Source of the DNA: Dubosiella newyorkensis
Lineage (GTDB): Bacteria > Bacillota_I > Bacilli_A > Erysipelotrichales > Erysipelotrichaceae
Length of the DNA: 13,972 bases
Assembly: GCF_001945605.1 (NCBI RefSeq)
Contig: NZ_MPKA01000078.1
Coordinates: 1 to 13,972 of the forward strand
Direction of reading: 5' to 3'
In this document: positions 13,792 through 13,972 of the stretch, one piece after another
How the letters are laid out: each line of letters starts with the position of its first letter
How positions within the stretch are numbered: the first letter of the stretch is position 1
Program-made: the position numbers and the translations under genes
The notes under the pieces: generated by a model
Told to the model about the DNA's origin: nothing
Seen by the model: only the letters and a program-made list of their open reading frames with translations
Databases searched by the model: none

Positions 13792-13972
13792 TTACTGGAG
13801 ATCCGCCTCTTTAATAGCACTTGCTATTAAAGAGGCCTTTTTTTCATCTATACCTTCCCAGTATTTTTTGATTCGTTTATTCTCTTTGATTGGATACAGT
13901 ACCGGTTCATCGGTTGCTTTTGCAGCTTCTCTTACTTCAGATGCAGTAAGACCGTGAAAACGTTCCTGCGGA
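13792..13972 (-). CDS. Transposase C-terminal fragment (rve/DDE-type, probably IS3-family OrfB). The gene enters from beyond the right window edge.
   Basis: Not in the ORF track because it is open at the edge. Hand translation of the minus strand gives ...PQERFHGLTASEVREAAKATDEPVLYPIKENKRIKKYWEGIDEKKASLIASAIKEADLQ*, with the stop as the rc of 13792-13794. R.HGLT..EVR resembles the end of the integrase-core domain. The family assignment is tentative. Confidence 0.45.
   Translation of the reverse strand, partial: PQERFHGLTASEVREAAKATDEPVLYPIKENKRIKKYWEGIDEKKASLIASAIKEADLQ
13805..13844 (+). terminator. Strong intrinsic terminator on the plus strand.
   Basis: A 14-bp perfect stem, GCCTCTTTAATAGC (13805-13818) with GCTATTAAAGAGGC (13823-13836), closes an ACTT loop. 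C plus T7 (13838-13844) follows. Confidence 0.75.

Larger units (their letters stand above)
13773..13972 (-). mobile_element. Right inverted-repeat end of an IS element, probably the same IS3-family type as the fragment at 260-574.
   Basis: AGTAGACACGGGAAATAA at 13773-13790 matches 16/18 with the rc of 541-558 (AGTAGACACCCGAAATAA). It lies next to the 3' end of a transposase ORF, as expected for an IRR. Confidence 0.45.

Noticed and set aside
1-13972. CRISPR arrays, rRNA or tRNA genes, prophage or defence-island gene sets.
   Set aside because: There are no spaced direct-repeat arrays and no tRNA-like or rRNA-like sequences. Apart from the decayed Rpn-like gene, no recognisable defence or phage proteins are encoded.

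Overview
This is a low-GC, Firmicutes-like chromosomal segment with AGGAGG-type ribosome-binding sites and TTGACA/TATAAT promoters. The core (about 560-13770) holds 11 tightly packed genes, several of which physically overlap. In order they are: a frameshifted Rpn/YhgA-like PD-(D/E)XK nuclease gene, a DUF885 lipoprotein, an orphan His-rich larC, and a membrane-anchored glycerophosphodiester phosphodiesterase. Then come a HAD phosphatase, xpt, a CNNM/CorC-type CBS transporter and a GH36 alpha-galactosidase. The last three are a disrupted small membrane-protein gene, a CBS-pair (CbpB/YkuL-like) protein and an ArsR-wHTH fusion regulator. Both window edges are insertion-sequence DNA. On the left is an IS3-family (IS150-like) orfA fragment that is itself interrupted by an IS21-like element. 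On the right is the 3' end of an rve-type transposase element. Its terminal 18 nt match the IS3 fragment end (16/18, inverted), so the core appears bracketed by same-orientation IS copies. The strongest unexplained signal is the 692-nt gene-free gap at 12102-12793. On its minus strand it carries a perfect consensus promoter, an operator-like palindrome, several hairpins and an intrinsic terminator, but no credible ORF. That makes it a candidate unclassified structured RNA, placed back-to-back with the promoter of the ArsR-fusion gene. I saw no rRNA, tRNA or CRISPR array. All homology calls come from remembered family signatures, not from database searches.
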